A stretch of DNA of 63,920 bases, filler included, from Octopus bimaculoides (taxonomy: Eukaryota), in NCBI RefSeq assembly GCF_001194135.2. It is 6 parts of 5 records of this genome, joined end to end, with 100 filler letters (N's around TTAATTAATTAA, not from the genome) between each part and the next. Parts side by side here need not be neighbours in the genome. Positions count along the whole stretch, not along the records: positions 1 to 26,299 come from NC_068982.1; positions 26,400 to 31,267 come from NC_068985.1; positions 31,368 to 37,266 come from NW_026342798.1; positions 37,367 to 52,155 come from NC_068993.1; 2 more parts are not named here. One strand, written 5' to 3'. Under the pieces are notes generated by a model that made no database searches, had not been told where the DNA came from, and saw only the letters and a program-made list of their open reading frames with translations. A program made the position numbers and the translations under genes. Positions 25,873 to 38,228 of the stretch are shown here, piece by piece. How positions within the stretch are numbered: the first letter of the stretch is position 1; every line of letters begins with the position of its first letter.

Positions 25873-26050
25873 CTATTCATTCAGTCAAACTGAACATGGT
25901 GAAACAAAGAAAAAAAAAATGAAATAAAATGAAAACTATTTTAATTTCGAAATAAGATGAATAATAAATAATAAAGCATGCTGCTAAAAAAGTGAATCAG
26001 CTGGAAATCAAATGGAGCAATGCATATACATACATATATAGATGTGTATG

Positions 26051-26086
<36 letters not shown>

Positions 26087-26243
26087 AGGGGGGTGGAATA
26101 GATAAAAACTGATATACACACACACACATCAAACAGTAATGGACGTACTTCAGATCTTTTACATTGTATTCTGAATTTTAATAATATAAAATATACACGT
26201 GTGTGTGTGTGTGTGTATTTATATATATTTATATATGTATATG

Positions 26244-26284
<41 letters not shown>

Positions 26285-26299
26285 GTATATATATATATA

Positions 26300-26399
26300 N
26301 NNNNNNNNNNNNNNNNNNNNNNNNNNNNNNNNNNNNNNNNNNNTTAATTAATTAANNNNNNNNNNNNNNNNNNNNNNNNNNNNNNNNNNNNNNNNNNNN
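26300..26399. other. Scaffolding spacer 44N-TTAATTAATTAA-44N (also 31268-31367, 37267-37366, 52156-52255, 59561-59660)
   Basis: Five identical 100-bp constructs with the 12-mer exactly centred; technical join, not biology. Confidence 0.95.
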
Positions 26400-26441
26400 G
26401 GTTAGGATTAGGATTAGGGTTGGTGTTAGGGTTACAGTTTT

Positions 26442-26601
26442 AATCGCAGAATAATGCTAATAATATAGCCTGAACAGGATAAACTATCCCCGTCTGACGG
26501 GGATGTGAGTTCGAGTCCACAGCTAGTCACCTACACTTTTCTCTGCAAAATAGGGATAGTTTATCCTGTTCAGGCTATATTATTAGCATTATTCTGCGAT
26601 T
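26442..26601. repeat. Perfect 49-bp inverted repeat with 62-nt spacer
   Basis: AATCGCAGAATAATGCTAATAATATAGCCTGAACAGGATAAACTATCCC (26442-26490) and its reverse complement (26553-26601). A diverged third copy lies at 22178-22255. Confidence 0.95.
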
Positions 26602-26628
26602 GAGAATTTAAAATATCACTTCTTTAAC

Positions 26629-26670
<42 letters not shown>

Positions 26671-26967
26671 AACAATGTGTGAGTGTGTTTGTTTGTCTCC
26701 ACCACTACTTGTTAACTGGAGTCAATTTGTTCGACTAAACTCCAGTATGACCGCAGTCCAATGACTGAAACAAGCAAAAGATAAAACATAGGAGATATTT
26801 ACAGAATACTAATGATGATTTGTAACATAAGCACGATGTCAATTTAATTAGCATACCTAATTATAAAAAAAAAACAGGCAAAGAGGAGAGAGAGATCAAA
26901 TCAGTTATGAAGAATAGGTTAGACTATAAGGTGTTCAACCAGAAAATAGTCTGCCTTCTGGTCATAG

Positions 26968-27955
26968 TGTCATCATCATTTAGTGTATGTCTTCTATGTA
27001 GGCATGTGTTAGGCGGTTTGACTGGAACTGATAAGCTGAGATGCACCAGCCTACAGTCTGTTTTGGCTTGGTTTCTATGGCTGGATGCTCTGCCTAATGC
27101 AGACTATTCCAGAGAGTGTACTGGGTGTTCTTTATGTGTTACTGGCATGGGTACCTTTTATATGTCACTAGTACAGGTGTCTTTTACGCGCTACTGGCAC
27201 AAGTGCTTTTTGCATGTCACCAACATGAGTACGTTTTATGTGTCACTGGCATGGGTGCCCTTTGCATGTTACTGGCATGGGTATCTTTTGCATGTCTCCA
27301 GCACTGATCACAACTACAATTTCGTTTAACTTGATGTGTCTTCTCAAGCACAGCAAATTGCCAAAAGTTTCAGTCACTTGTCCTTACCTCTGTGAGACTC
27401 AACGCCCAACGATTAAAATTCACCACGTCTTCATAGGTCTATTTCTTCCACAGCTTCCCTCCACAGTTAGAGGTCGGTATTTCTTAATGCAGCAGTCCAT
27501 GTCAATATCCATCACATGCCCATACCAGTGCAATCTTCTTTCTTTCACACTAACATCTGATGCCTCTTATACGCAATTTTTCTCTCAAAACACTTACCCT
27601 TCATTGTATGTGCATACAAACATTGCACATTCAACAGAGCATACTAACTTTATTTCTTTCAAGCCTTTTTCTGTCCTTTGCAGTCGCAGCCCATGTTTCA
27701 CTGCTATGTAACATGGCTGTTCACACACAGACAATATACAATTTTCCTTTCATGCGGAGGGAGAGGCCCTTTGTTACCAACAAAAGTAGCAGCTCTTTGA
27801 ACTTTACCCAGCCCATTCTTATTCTAGCAGCTATGCTCTCAAAGCACCCTCCTCCACTGCTGACTTGGTCACCTAGATAATGGAAGTTGTCTACTACTTC
27901 TAAATATCCAGCTGAGCATTTTACTTTACAAATTCTGTAGTCTTCTTGTAGTCTA
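26968..27955 (-). mobile_element. RTE-clade LINE fragment: RT C-terminus plus 3' UTR
   Basis: Translates LEVVDNFHYLGDQVSSGGGCFESIAARIRMGWVKFKELL...KGKLYIVCV*TAMLHSSETWA, matching the RTE RT motif F.YLGS..RI..AW..F..L...K.KLY...V...LLYG.ETW. Confidence 0.85.
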
Positions 27956-27974
27956 GCCACATTGCAAAGAGATT

Positions 27975-28620
27975 ATGGAGATGTGGCTTGGCTTCCTTAA
28001 GGACAGCTTATTGAGGAGGAACTGTTCAACACAGCTCCAGACTCCTTTCTTTCTTCCTCCTTGTTTATCAATTATTATACCATTTGTTTGGCAGTCATCT
28101 TCGAGTCCACCTGTGTACAGTTGGTGCATAACATGCAAGCATGCTATGAGCTATAGTTTCTGGCCTTGTGAGTCCCTTTGTTCTTGGGGATAAGAGCAGT
28201 CCACACAACTGTCAGCCAATCTGGTATATCTAGCTCACTGTCCATTGTTTTTATAAACAGAGTCATCATGAGAATTTCCCTGTAGAACATGAGCTTTTTG
28301 TACCAGTAGCCTACTGGTAGTCTTTCCCTGGTGATTTTCCATTCAGTAGTTTCATGATAGCCATCAAGAGTGTTTCACTGGTGATGTTATATATTTTGGG
28401 AGAGTCATTTACACAATATTCACTTTATAGTTCATTTAATCATGCTGTCTCATGCTTGTGTTTTTAGTTTACATTCCAGATTCCCCATCTGAATGACTCT
28501 AGATCTTCATGGGTAAATACCTTGATGGTATCACCTTTCATGCAACAATATACAGCTTCCAGATTTCAGACAAACTTTCGATTTATCATTTTTCATCCAT
28601 AGAAAAGGTGAAAATGTGTA
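27975..28620 (-). mobile_element. R4/Dong-clade LINE fragment, N-terminal RT domains, degenerate
   Basis: Peptides GIWNVN*KHKHETA*LNEL, LNGKSPGKD, GYWYKKL, IPDWLTVVWTALIPKNKGTHKARNY, KQGGRKKGVWSCVEQFLLNK follow the KSPG.D..YW.KKL..IP.WLT.G.T.LIPK...NYRPI..EQKGC.KG..GCKDQLLI.K pattern. Confidence 0.65.
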
Positions 28621-28784
28621 GGTAGAAATTCCATTAGATGCACCCAGTCTAAGCTATTGACACATAAGAAGTGCAGCAAAGATTAACAGGGAAAATAGTT
28701 TTTGTGTGTATAAGGTGTACAGGTACAATTAACACTAAAAATCTACAGAAAATAGATTCCATAAAATACCAGAGATGAAAACTA

Positions 28785-29225
28785 GAAGTAGTTGATAGCT
28801 CCCGTTACCTAGGTGACCAAGTTAGTAGCGGGAGTGGATGCTCAGAGAGCGTAGCTGCTAGAATAAAGATAGGTTGGGCTAGTTCAGAGAGCTCCCACCT
28901 CTGCTGGTAACAATGGGCCTCTCCCTCAGCATGAAAGACAAATTGTATGAAGCTTGTGTGTGAACAGCTATGCTACATGGCAGTAAAACATGGGCTGTAA
29001 CTGCCAAGGACATGTGTAGTCTTGAAATAAATGAAGTTAGTATGTTTTGCTGAATGTGCAATGTCAGGATGCTTGCGCAACAGAGTGTAAATGTCTTGAG
29101 AGAAACGTTGGGCATCAGCTGTAGTGTGCAAGAGAGTTGACTGTGCTGGTATGGTCATGTGATGCATATGGATAAGGACAGGTGTGTGAAGAAGTGCTCA
29201 ACTCTAACAGTGTTGGGGACAGAGT
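28785..29225 (+). mobile_element. RTE LINE RT fragment, opposite orientation to 26968-27955
   Basis: EVVDSSRYLGDQVSSGSGCSESVAARIKIGW..., the same RT segment as at 27490-27900. Confidence 0.85.
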
Positions 29226-30397
29226 AAAAGGGAAAATATTTGCTAAGAAAGAGAAAGATGTAAAAAAGAATAAAAACGAAATTGGAGAGCCAAAAATAAA
29301 GATAGGAAAAAAGGAGACAGAGAAAATAAAACAATAATTACTGCTCTGTCTCCCTCTCAATCTTTTTCTTTCTTCCTCCCAGTCTATCTCTCTCTCACTC
29401 TCTCTCTTTTTCTCTCTCTGTCCTTTCTGTGATAAATCCTTTCATTTTTTATACTGTAGAATGGAAATGAATATAAAGTGGGAGGTAGAGGGGAGAATAA
29501 ATTTACAGAAAAAGTGAAGGTAGAAAAGTCTAAATGGGTTTCAAATTTGATTGGTTACACAACAATAGAATGAAATTAGTAGTGAGAGTAAGAGAGAGAA
29601 GTAAATAACAAAATAATTCGTTGTCCTAAAAGTTGCTGATAGCTATATAATCGAGGTGAAAACATTTTATCTCCTCAACAAACTTGGTTTAGTTTTACAT
29701 CCTCATTTACACCATATAATGTAAGTGTAAGACTCACTGTTGTTGGTAAGTAAATATTTAATATTCATGTAAATCTTGAATACAAGATGTAACTTTATGA
29801 TTTCTACTGTTCAACTATTGAAGTTTAAATTCATATTCTGTTTAAACTTGGACGTTTTATGTCTATTTAACTACCTCACAAAAAAAAAAAAAGCATTGTA
29901 ACTTAAATAAACACACACACACACATGCACAGAGTAGCTGCTTTCTTGTATACAAGCAAAACCATTGTTAGAAAGAATAATGAAATGTGTCATTGATGCT
30001 GCAATGTGAGGCCCTTGTATGACTCTTGAGCCCCAGTCAAAGACTTGCACATTCTATAGCATAATGTACAGCAGTGCTGGCTGGCAGAAGGAACAGGTGC
30101 CACAGTAGGAATTCTTTTGACAGGCGTTTCCAATCCTACAACTGAAAGGTACATCTGTTGTGAACAATAGCCATATCACAATTTACAATGAGTTGATTCC
30201 TGTGAGTTCTCTGATGTCTGACCAGGGCTGCATGACTGAAGCAGATAACAGTATTTAAAGGCTTTGCTCTGGACACACTGATATTTTAATCAAAATAACC
30301 TCCAAATTTTTATCATAAATTGTATTTACTTTATCATTTTCTCTCTCTCTCTTAAATGATGATATCTATCTATCTATCTATCTATCTTTATATATAT

Positions 30398-31267
30398 ATC
30401 ATCATCATCATCATTTAATGTCCGCTTTCCATGCTAGCATGGGTTGGACGATTTGACTGGGGACTGGTGAACCAGATGGCTACACCAGACTCCAATCTGA
30501 TCTGGCAGAGTTTCTACAGCTGGATGCCCTTCCTAACGCCAACCACTCCGAGAGTGTAGTGGGTGCTTTTTACATGCCACTGGCACATGGGCCAGTCTGG
30601 CAGTACTAGCAACGGCCATGTTCAAATGGTGTTTTTTACGTGTCACCTGCACAGGAGTCAGTCCAATGTTTTGTTCACATGACACTGGCACAAGTGCCAG
30701 TAAGGCGAAGCTGGAAACAATCGTGTTCAAATGGTACTTTTTATGTGCCACCAGCACAGGAGAGAGACCGCTGTTCTGGTAGTGATCCCGCTCGAATGGT
30801 GGTGTTAGTGCTCCACTGGCACGGGTGCTAGTCATCAAATTTGGTTCAGTTTCGATCTCACTTGCCCCAACAGGTCTTCGGAAGCCGAGTTTAGTTTCCA
30901 ATGAAGGAAAGTTGGCATGGGTGCCAGGCATCGAATTTGGTTCAATTTCGATTTCACTTACCTCAACAGGTCTTCGTAAGCAGGGTTTTGTGTCCAAAGA
31001 AGGAAAGGTACACATAAGTGGGCTGGCTATACCCCTGGTAAAGGCCACAGGTTATGGTCTCACTTGTCTTGCCGGGTCTTCTCATGCACAGCATATTTCC
31101 AAAGGTCTTGGTCACTAGTCATTGTCTCGGTGAGGCCTAATGTTCGAAGGTCATGCTTCACCACCTCATCCCAGGTCTTCCTGGGTCTACCTCTTCCACA
31201 GGTTCCCTCAACTGCTAGGGTGTGGCACTTTTTCACACAGCTATCCTCATCCATTCTTGCCACATGA
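30398..31267 (-). mobile_element. RTE LINE 3' ~870 bp (ORF end, 3' UTR, tail)
   Basis: MARMDEDSCVKKCHTLAVEGTCGRGRPRKTWDEVVKHDLRTLGL (RGRP..TW motif of the RTE C-terminus) followed by the UTR and (GAT)n tail; cut by a scaffold join. Confidence 0.85.
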
Positions 31268-31367
31268 NNNNNNNNNNNNNNNNNNNNNNNNNNNNNNNNN
31301 NNNNNNNNNNNTTAATTAATTAANNNNNNNNNNNNNNNNNNNNNNNNNNNNNNNNNNNNNNNNNNNN

Positions 31368-34300
31368 TCTTTCTTTCGTACATACATTCGTTTCTTCCAT
31401 CGTTCGTTCATTCGTTCGTTCGTTCCTTCATTCGTTCTCTCTTCAGTTTGTTCGATCGTTAGTTCGTTTGTACTTACGTATGAACGTACGTTCGTTCGTT
31501 CGTCGTTCGGTTTACGTACGTTCGTACTTACCAACGTACGTTCGTTCGTTATTTCGTATGTTCGTTCGTTCGTTCGTACGTACCTTCGTACTAACGAAAG
31601 AACGACAGAACTAACGTATGTACGTACATACGAACGAACAAACGAACAGATGGACGAGCGAACGTATGTACGTACGAACAAACGAAGGAACGAACGGACG
31701 TACGGACGTAGTACATAAGTACGTACGTACGAATGAACGAACGAACGAACGTACATACGAACGAACGAAAGAAAGAACGCACGTATGTATGAGCGAACGG
31801 AATCATATACATACGTCCGTACGTACGAAATAACGAACGAACGATAGTACGTACGTACGTATGAAGGATCGAATTAACGAAGAAACGAAATGAATAAACG
31901 AGCGAACGAACGAACGTACGAAGGAACTAACGATTGAACGTACATACGCACGTACGTACGTACGAACGGATGAATGAAAGAATTTACGTACGTAATTACG
32001 TATGTACGAACGAACGAACGTACGTACGTAAGTACGTCCGAACGAACGAACCATCGAAGTAACTAACGAAAGAACGAACGTATGTACGTACGTAATTACG
32101 AACGAACGATCGTAATTACGTACGTAGGTACGAACGTACGTACGTGCGGACGAACGAACGAACGTATGTACGTGCGGATGAACGAACGACCGAACGATCG
32201 AAGGAACGGACGAAAGAACGCACTACGTACGTACGATCGATCGTACGTACGTACGTACGTACATACGAACGAACGTACGAACGTACGGACGTACGTCTTT
32301 ACGTTCGTTCGTTCGTAATTACGTACGTAAGTTCGTTCTTTTGTTCCTTTGTTCGTTCGTTCCATCGTTCGTTCCTTCTTTCGTTTGTTCGTTTGTGCGT
32401 TCGTTCGATCAATCGTTCGTTCGTTCCAACGTACGTAAGGTTGTTCGTTTGTTCGTACGTATGTACCTACGATTGTTCGTTAAATCGTTTGTTCTAGAGT
32501 TCGTACGTACGTACGTTCGTTTATTCGCCCGTTCGTTCGTCCGCACGTACGTACGTTCGTTCTTTCGTACCTACGTACGTAATTACGATCGTTCGTTCGT
32601 ACTTACGTACGTACATACGTTCGTTCTTTCGTTGGATCGTTCTTTCGTTCGGAGGTATTTNNNNNNNNNNNNNNNNNNNNNNNNNNNNNNNNNNNNNNNN
32701 NNNNNNNNNNNNNNNNNNNNNNNNNNNNNNNNNNNNNNNNNNNNNNNNNNNNNNNNNNNNNNNNNNNNNNNNNNNNNNNNNNNNNNNNNNNNNNNNNNNN
32801 NNNNNNNNNNNNNNNNNNNNNNNNNNNNNNNNNNNNNNNNNNNNNNNNNNNNNNNNNNNNNNNNNNNNNNNNNNNNNNNNNNNNNNNNNNNNNNNNNNNN
32901 NNNNNNNNNNNNNNNNNNNNNNNNNNNNNNNNNNNNNNNNNNNNNNNNNNNNNNNNNNNNNNNNNNNNNNNNNNNNNNNNNNNNNNNNNNNNNNNNNNNN
33001 NNNNNNNNNNNNNNNNNNNNNNNNNNNNNNNNNNNNNNNNNNNNNNNNNNNNNNNNNNNNNNNNNNNNNNNNNNNNNNNNNNNNNNNNNNNNNNNNNNNN
33101 NNNNNNNNNNNNNNNNNNNNNNTTTACGTACGTTCGTTCATTCTTTCGTACGTAGGTACTTGCGAACGTACATCCGTACGTACGTTCGTTCTCTCGTTCT
33201 TTCGTACTTACCAACGTACGTTCGTTCGTTATTTCGTATGTTCGTTCGTTCGTTCGTACGTACCTTCGTACTAACGAAAGAACGACAGAACTAACGTATG
33301 TACGTACGTACGAACGAACAAACGAACAGATGGACGAGCGAACGTATGTACGTACGAACAAACGAAGGAACGAACGGACGTACGGACGTAGTACATAAGT
33401 ACGTACGTACGAACGAACGAACGAACGAACGTACATACGAACGAACGAAAGAAAGAACGCACGTTCTACGTACTTAATTACGTTCGTTCGTTCGTACTTA
33501 CGTACGTACGTACGTTCTTTCTTTTGTTCCTTCGTTCGTTCGTTTGTTCGATCGTTCTTTCGTTCGTTCGCTCGTAGGTACCTTCGTTCCTTCAATCTTT
33601 CGTTCGTATGTACGTACGAAGGACCGAGCAATTGAACGAACAAACAAAGAACGACCTTACGAACGATTGAACGAACGAACGAACATACGAAATAACGAAC
33701 GAACGTACGTTCGTACATAAGTACAAACGAACTAACGATCGAACAAACGAAAGACAGAACGAATGAAGGAACGAACGAACGTAAGTATGTACGTAGGTAC
33801 GAAGGAAAGAACGATTGAACGAACGATCGAAGAAACGAAAGTACGAACGATCGAAAGATCGAACGTATGTATGAGCTAACGGAATCATATACATACGTCC
33901 GTACGTACGAAAGAACGAACGAACGATAGTACGTACGTACGTATGAAGGATCGAATTAACGAAGAAACGAAATGAATAAACGAGCGAACGAACGAACGTA
34001 CGAAGGAACTAACGATTGAACGTACATACGCACGTACGTACGTACGAACGGATGAATGAAAGAATTTACGTACGTAATTACGTATNNNNNNNNNNNNNNN
34101 NNNNNNNNNNNNNNNNNNNNNNNNNNNNNNNNNNNNNNNNNNNNNNNNNNNNNNNNNNNNNNNNNNNNNNNNNNNNNNNNNNNNNNNNNNNNNNNNNNNN
34201 NNNNNNNNNNNNNNNNNNNNNNNNNNNNNNNNNNNNNNNNNNNNNNNNNNNNNNNNNNNNNNNNNNNNNNNNNNNNNNNNNNNNNNNNNNNNNNNNNNNN

Positions 34301-37215
34301 NNNNNNNNNNNNNNNNNNNNNNNNNNNNNNNNNNNNNNNNNNNNNNNNNNNNATGAACGTACGTTCGTTCGTTCGTCGTTCGGTTTACGTACGTTCGTTC
34401 ATTCTTTCGTACGTAGGTACTTGCGAACGTACATCCGTACGTACGTTCGTTCTCTCGTTCTTTCGTACTTACCAACGTACGTTCGTTCGTTATTTCGTAT
34501 GTTCGTTCGTTCGTACGTACCTTCGTACTAACGAAAGAACGACAGAACTAACGTATGTACGTACGTACGAACGAACAAACGAACAGATGGACGAGCGAAC
34601 GTATGTACGTACGAACAAACGAAGGTACGAACGGACGTACGGACGTAGTACATAAGTACGTACGTACGAACGAACGAACAAACGAACTAACGAACTAATG
34701 AACGAACGAACTAACGAGCGAAAGATCACACATACGTACGTAGCAACAAACGAANNNNNNNNNNCATACGTAAGAATGAAGGAATGAACGAACGTATGTA
34801 CGTACGAACGAACGTATGTACATACGAACGAACGAACGGACGTACGTAGATAAGTACTATGAACGTACGAGCGATCGAACGACCGAACGTACGTACGTAA
34901 ATACGAACCTAAGTACGTACGTACAAATGAACAAATGAACGTACATACGAACGAACGAAAGAATGAACCAACGAAAGAACTAACGAACGTACGTACGAAC
35001 GACCGACCGAACGAACGAACACACGAAATAACGAACGAACGTACGTTGGTAAGTACGAAAGAACGAACGTACGTACGGAAGTACGTTCGCAAGTACCTAC
35101 GTACGAAAGAATGAACGAACGTACGTAAAATCGAACGATGAACGAACGAACGTACGTTCGTACGTATGTACAAACGAACTAACGATCGAACAAACAAAAG
35201 ACAGAACGAATGAAGGAACGAACGAACGTAAGTATGTACGTAGGTACGAAAGATCGAACGTATGTATGAGCGAACGGATTCATATACATACGTCCGTACG
35301 TACGTATGTACGAACGAACGATAGTACGTACGTACGTGTGAAGGAACGAATGAACGAAGAAACGAAATGAATGAACGAGCGAACGTACGTATGTACGAAC
35401 GAACGAACGTACGAAGGAACTAACGATTGAACGTATATACGCACGTACGTACGAACGAACGAACGAACGAATGAACTTACGTACGTAATTACGTTTGCAC
35501 GAACGAACGCACCTACTTAAGTACGTCCGAACGAACGACCGAACGATCGGAGGAACGAACGAAAGAACGATCGTACGTACGTACGTACATACGAACGAAA
35601 GAACGATCGTACGTACGTACGTACATACGTACGTACATACGAACGTACGGACATACTTACGTATGTACGTACGTATTTACGTATGTACGTACGAACGTAC
35701 ATACGAAGGAACGAACTAACGAAAGAACGAACGAAGGAAAAAACTAACGAACGAAAGAACGTACGTGCGTTCGTACGATCGAGCGAGCGAACGTACGTCC
35801 GAACGTCGGTACGTACGAAGGAACAAACGAACGTACGTAGTACATACATTAGAAGGAACAAACGAACGAACGAACAACCGAACGTACGATGGAACAAACG
35901 AACGAATGAACGTATGTACGTACGTAGGAACGAACGAACGATTGATATAACGAAGGCACAAACGAACAAACGAAAGAAGGATCGAACGAACGAAGGAACA
36001 AAAGAACGAACGAAAGTACGTAGGTACGTACGAATGAACGAACGAACGAAAGATTGAACGAACGAAGGTACGTACGAGCGAATGAACGAAAGAAACGGAT
36101 GGATGAGCGAACGTACGTACGTACGTACGAACAAACGAAGGAACGAACGAACGTACGTACGTACGTACGAACGAACGTACATACGTACGCACGTACGAAC
36201 GAAGGAACAAACGAACTAATGACCGAAGGAACTAATGAACGAACGAACTGATGAACGAACGGACTAACGAACGAAAGTTCGCACATACGTACGTAGTAAC
36301 GAACGAACGTACGTACGAACGAACGTACATACGTACGTACGTAAGAACGAAGGAACAAATGAACTAATGAACGAACGAACGAATGAACGAACGAACGTAC
36401 GTACGTATGAATCAACGAACGAACGAAAGAACGTAGGTACGTACGTACGAACGAACCAATGAACGAAAGGAGGAACGAACGATAGAACAAACGATTTAAC
36501 GAACAGTCGTAGGTACATACGTACGAACGAACAACCGTACGTACGAAGGAACAAACGAACGAATGAACGTATGTACGTAGGAACGAACGAACGATTGATC
36601 GAACGAAGGCACAAACGAAAGGAACGAACGAACGAAGGAACAAAAGAACGAACGAAAGTACGTACGAACAAACGAAAGATTGAACGAACGAAGGTACGTA
36701 CGAGCGAACGATCGAAAGAAAGAACGTACGTAAGTGCGTACGTAATTACGTTCGTACTTACGTACGTACGTTCTTTCTTTTGTTCGTTCGTTCGATCGTT
36801 CACTCGTACTTACCTTCGTTCGTTCGTTTGTTCGTACGTACGAACGTACGTACGTATGAATCAACGAGCGAACGAATGAAAGAACGTACGTACGTGCGAA
36901 CGAGCGAGCGAACGAAAGCATTAACGAACGAACGAAAGGAACGAACGATAGAACAAACGATTTAACGAACAATCGTTGGTACATACGTACGAACGAACAA
37001 CCGTACGTACGAAGGAACAAACGAACAAATGAACGTACGTACGTACGTAGGAACGAACGAACCATGGTACGATCGAACGAAGGAACAAAAGAACGAACGA
37101 CAGTACGTAGGTACGTACTAACGAACGAACGAACGAACGAAAGATTGAACGAACGATCGAACATACAAATAATATACGAACGAACGTACGTACGAACGAA
37201 CCAACGAACTAATAT
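31368..37215. repeat. Complex CpG-rich tetranucleotide satellite (CGAA/TTCG + CGTA) with higher-order and inverted blocks
   Basis: ACG-centred 4-mers throughout. ~190-bp blocks recur at 31595, 33276 and 34531; another block at 31785, 33870 and 35255. 34353-34500 is inverted at 35025-35160. Confidence 0.95.
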
Positions 37216-37489
37216 TTATAAATAAATATATAAATATATATATATATAAATAAATATATATATATANNNNNNNNNNNNNNNNNNNNNNNNNNNNNNNNNN
37301 NNNNNNNNNNTTAATTAATTAANNNNNNNNNNNNNNNNNNNNNNNNNNNNNNNNNNNNNNNNNNNNTTCTCTTTCTCTCTCTCTGAAAGTATCTGTCATT
37401 ACAGTATCGAAATGGGATTGTTTCAGTTAGGGGAATAGTTTCATTTTTAAAGTGAAAGTATTTGACATGAGTGTTTTTGTTTCACTTTT

Positions 37490-37720
37490 GACACGTAATA
37501 CTTAAATAGTGGAGGAGATATTATGTTGCCGTGGGCTCGAACTCTGCAAGAAGTTAAAAATTTTTTTTTGACTAAAACACAACTGGAACCCTAAGTAAGG
37601 CATGTGTAAAATTTGAATGAAATTGGTTGCGTAGTTCTCGAGTTTTAGGGATTCACACACACACACACAGACAGACAGACAGACAGACAGACACACATTC
37701 TCATTGTTATATATATAGAT
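37490..37720 (+). mobile_element. Helitron/Helentron-like non-autonomous element end carrying (CAGA)n
   Basis: AAATTTGAATGAAATTGGTTGCGTAGTTCTCGAGTTTTAG...(CAGA)n CACACATTCTCATTGTTATATATATAGAT resembles Lep1/DINE-type microsatellite-carrying elements; by eye only. Confidence 0.4.
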
Positions 37721-38228
37721 AACAGCATGCCTCTTCATTTTGTGAGTAAGCTGAGGGTCTGCCATTATTAGATTTTGAAACAAAGATTATACAGAGTTAG
37801 TAAAAAATTCAGTAATGACCCCAAAATATATGTCCTCAAATACCTTACGCACCCTGTATAGGTGCTACTTTGGTACGCGATCCCTCTGCTATGAAACAGA
37901 TTTGGTGTGTGATCTACACTTTAAATTTTGATCTACAACAAGAAAAGTTATACTTATCAAGAAGTAATAAAACACCTGTATCGGTTTCCAGAGAATGTTC
38001 GTTCGAATGCCAAAGTTCCGGTCCCAACTCGACAAGGTACATCAACAATAAATTTCGAGTCGCCCGTTAGTTCGATTCGCCCATAAAATTAGCGAATCTG
38101 TTAAAAAAATCTTCTTCATTTTAACTTTTTTTAAATAAATGAATAAAAATGTAAGAATGTTTTATTTAAGCCATAATAAATAAATGAAACATGTACTTCG
38201 CATACCAATGTATAATTTGTCTCTTGTA

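Noticed and set aside
26344-26355. TTAATTAATTAA islands in N runs (five occurrences)
   Set aside because: Always centred in exact 44N+12+44N blocks with stops in all frames: an assembly spacer, not a motif.
30060-30148. Possible 89-nt plus-strand exon (HNVQQCWLAEGTGATVGILL...)
   Set aside because: Poor pyrimidine tract, weak donor GTACAT and too short to be significant.
31595-34680. Repeat-spacer-like recurrence suggestive of CRISPR
   Set aside because: No constant repeat with unique spacers, no cas genes, eukaryotic context.
31316-37164. Long ORFs (up to 371 aa) rich in VRS/YVR/TNER
   Set aside because: The 4-mer satellite rarely makes stop codons and several ORFs run through N gaps; no coding signal.
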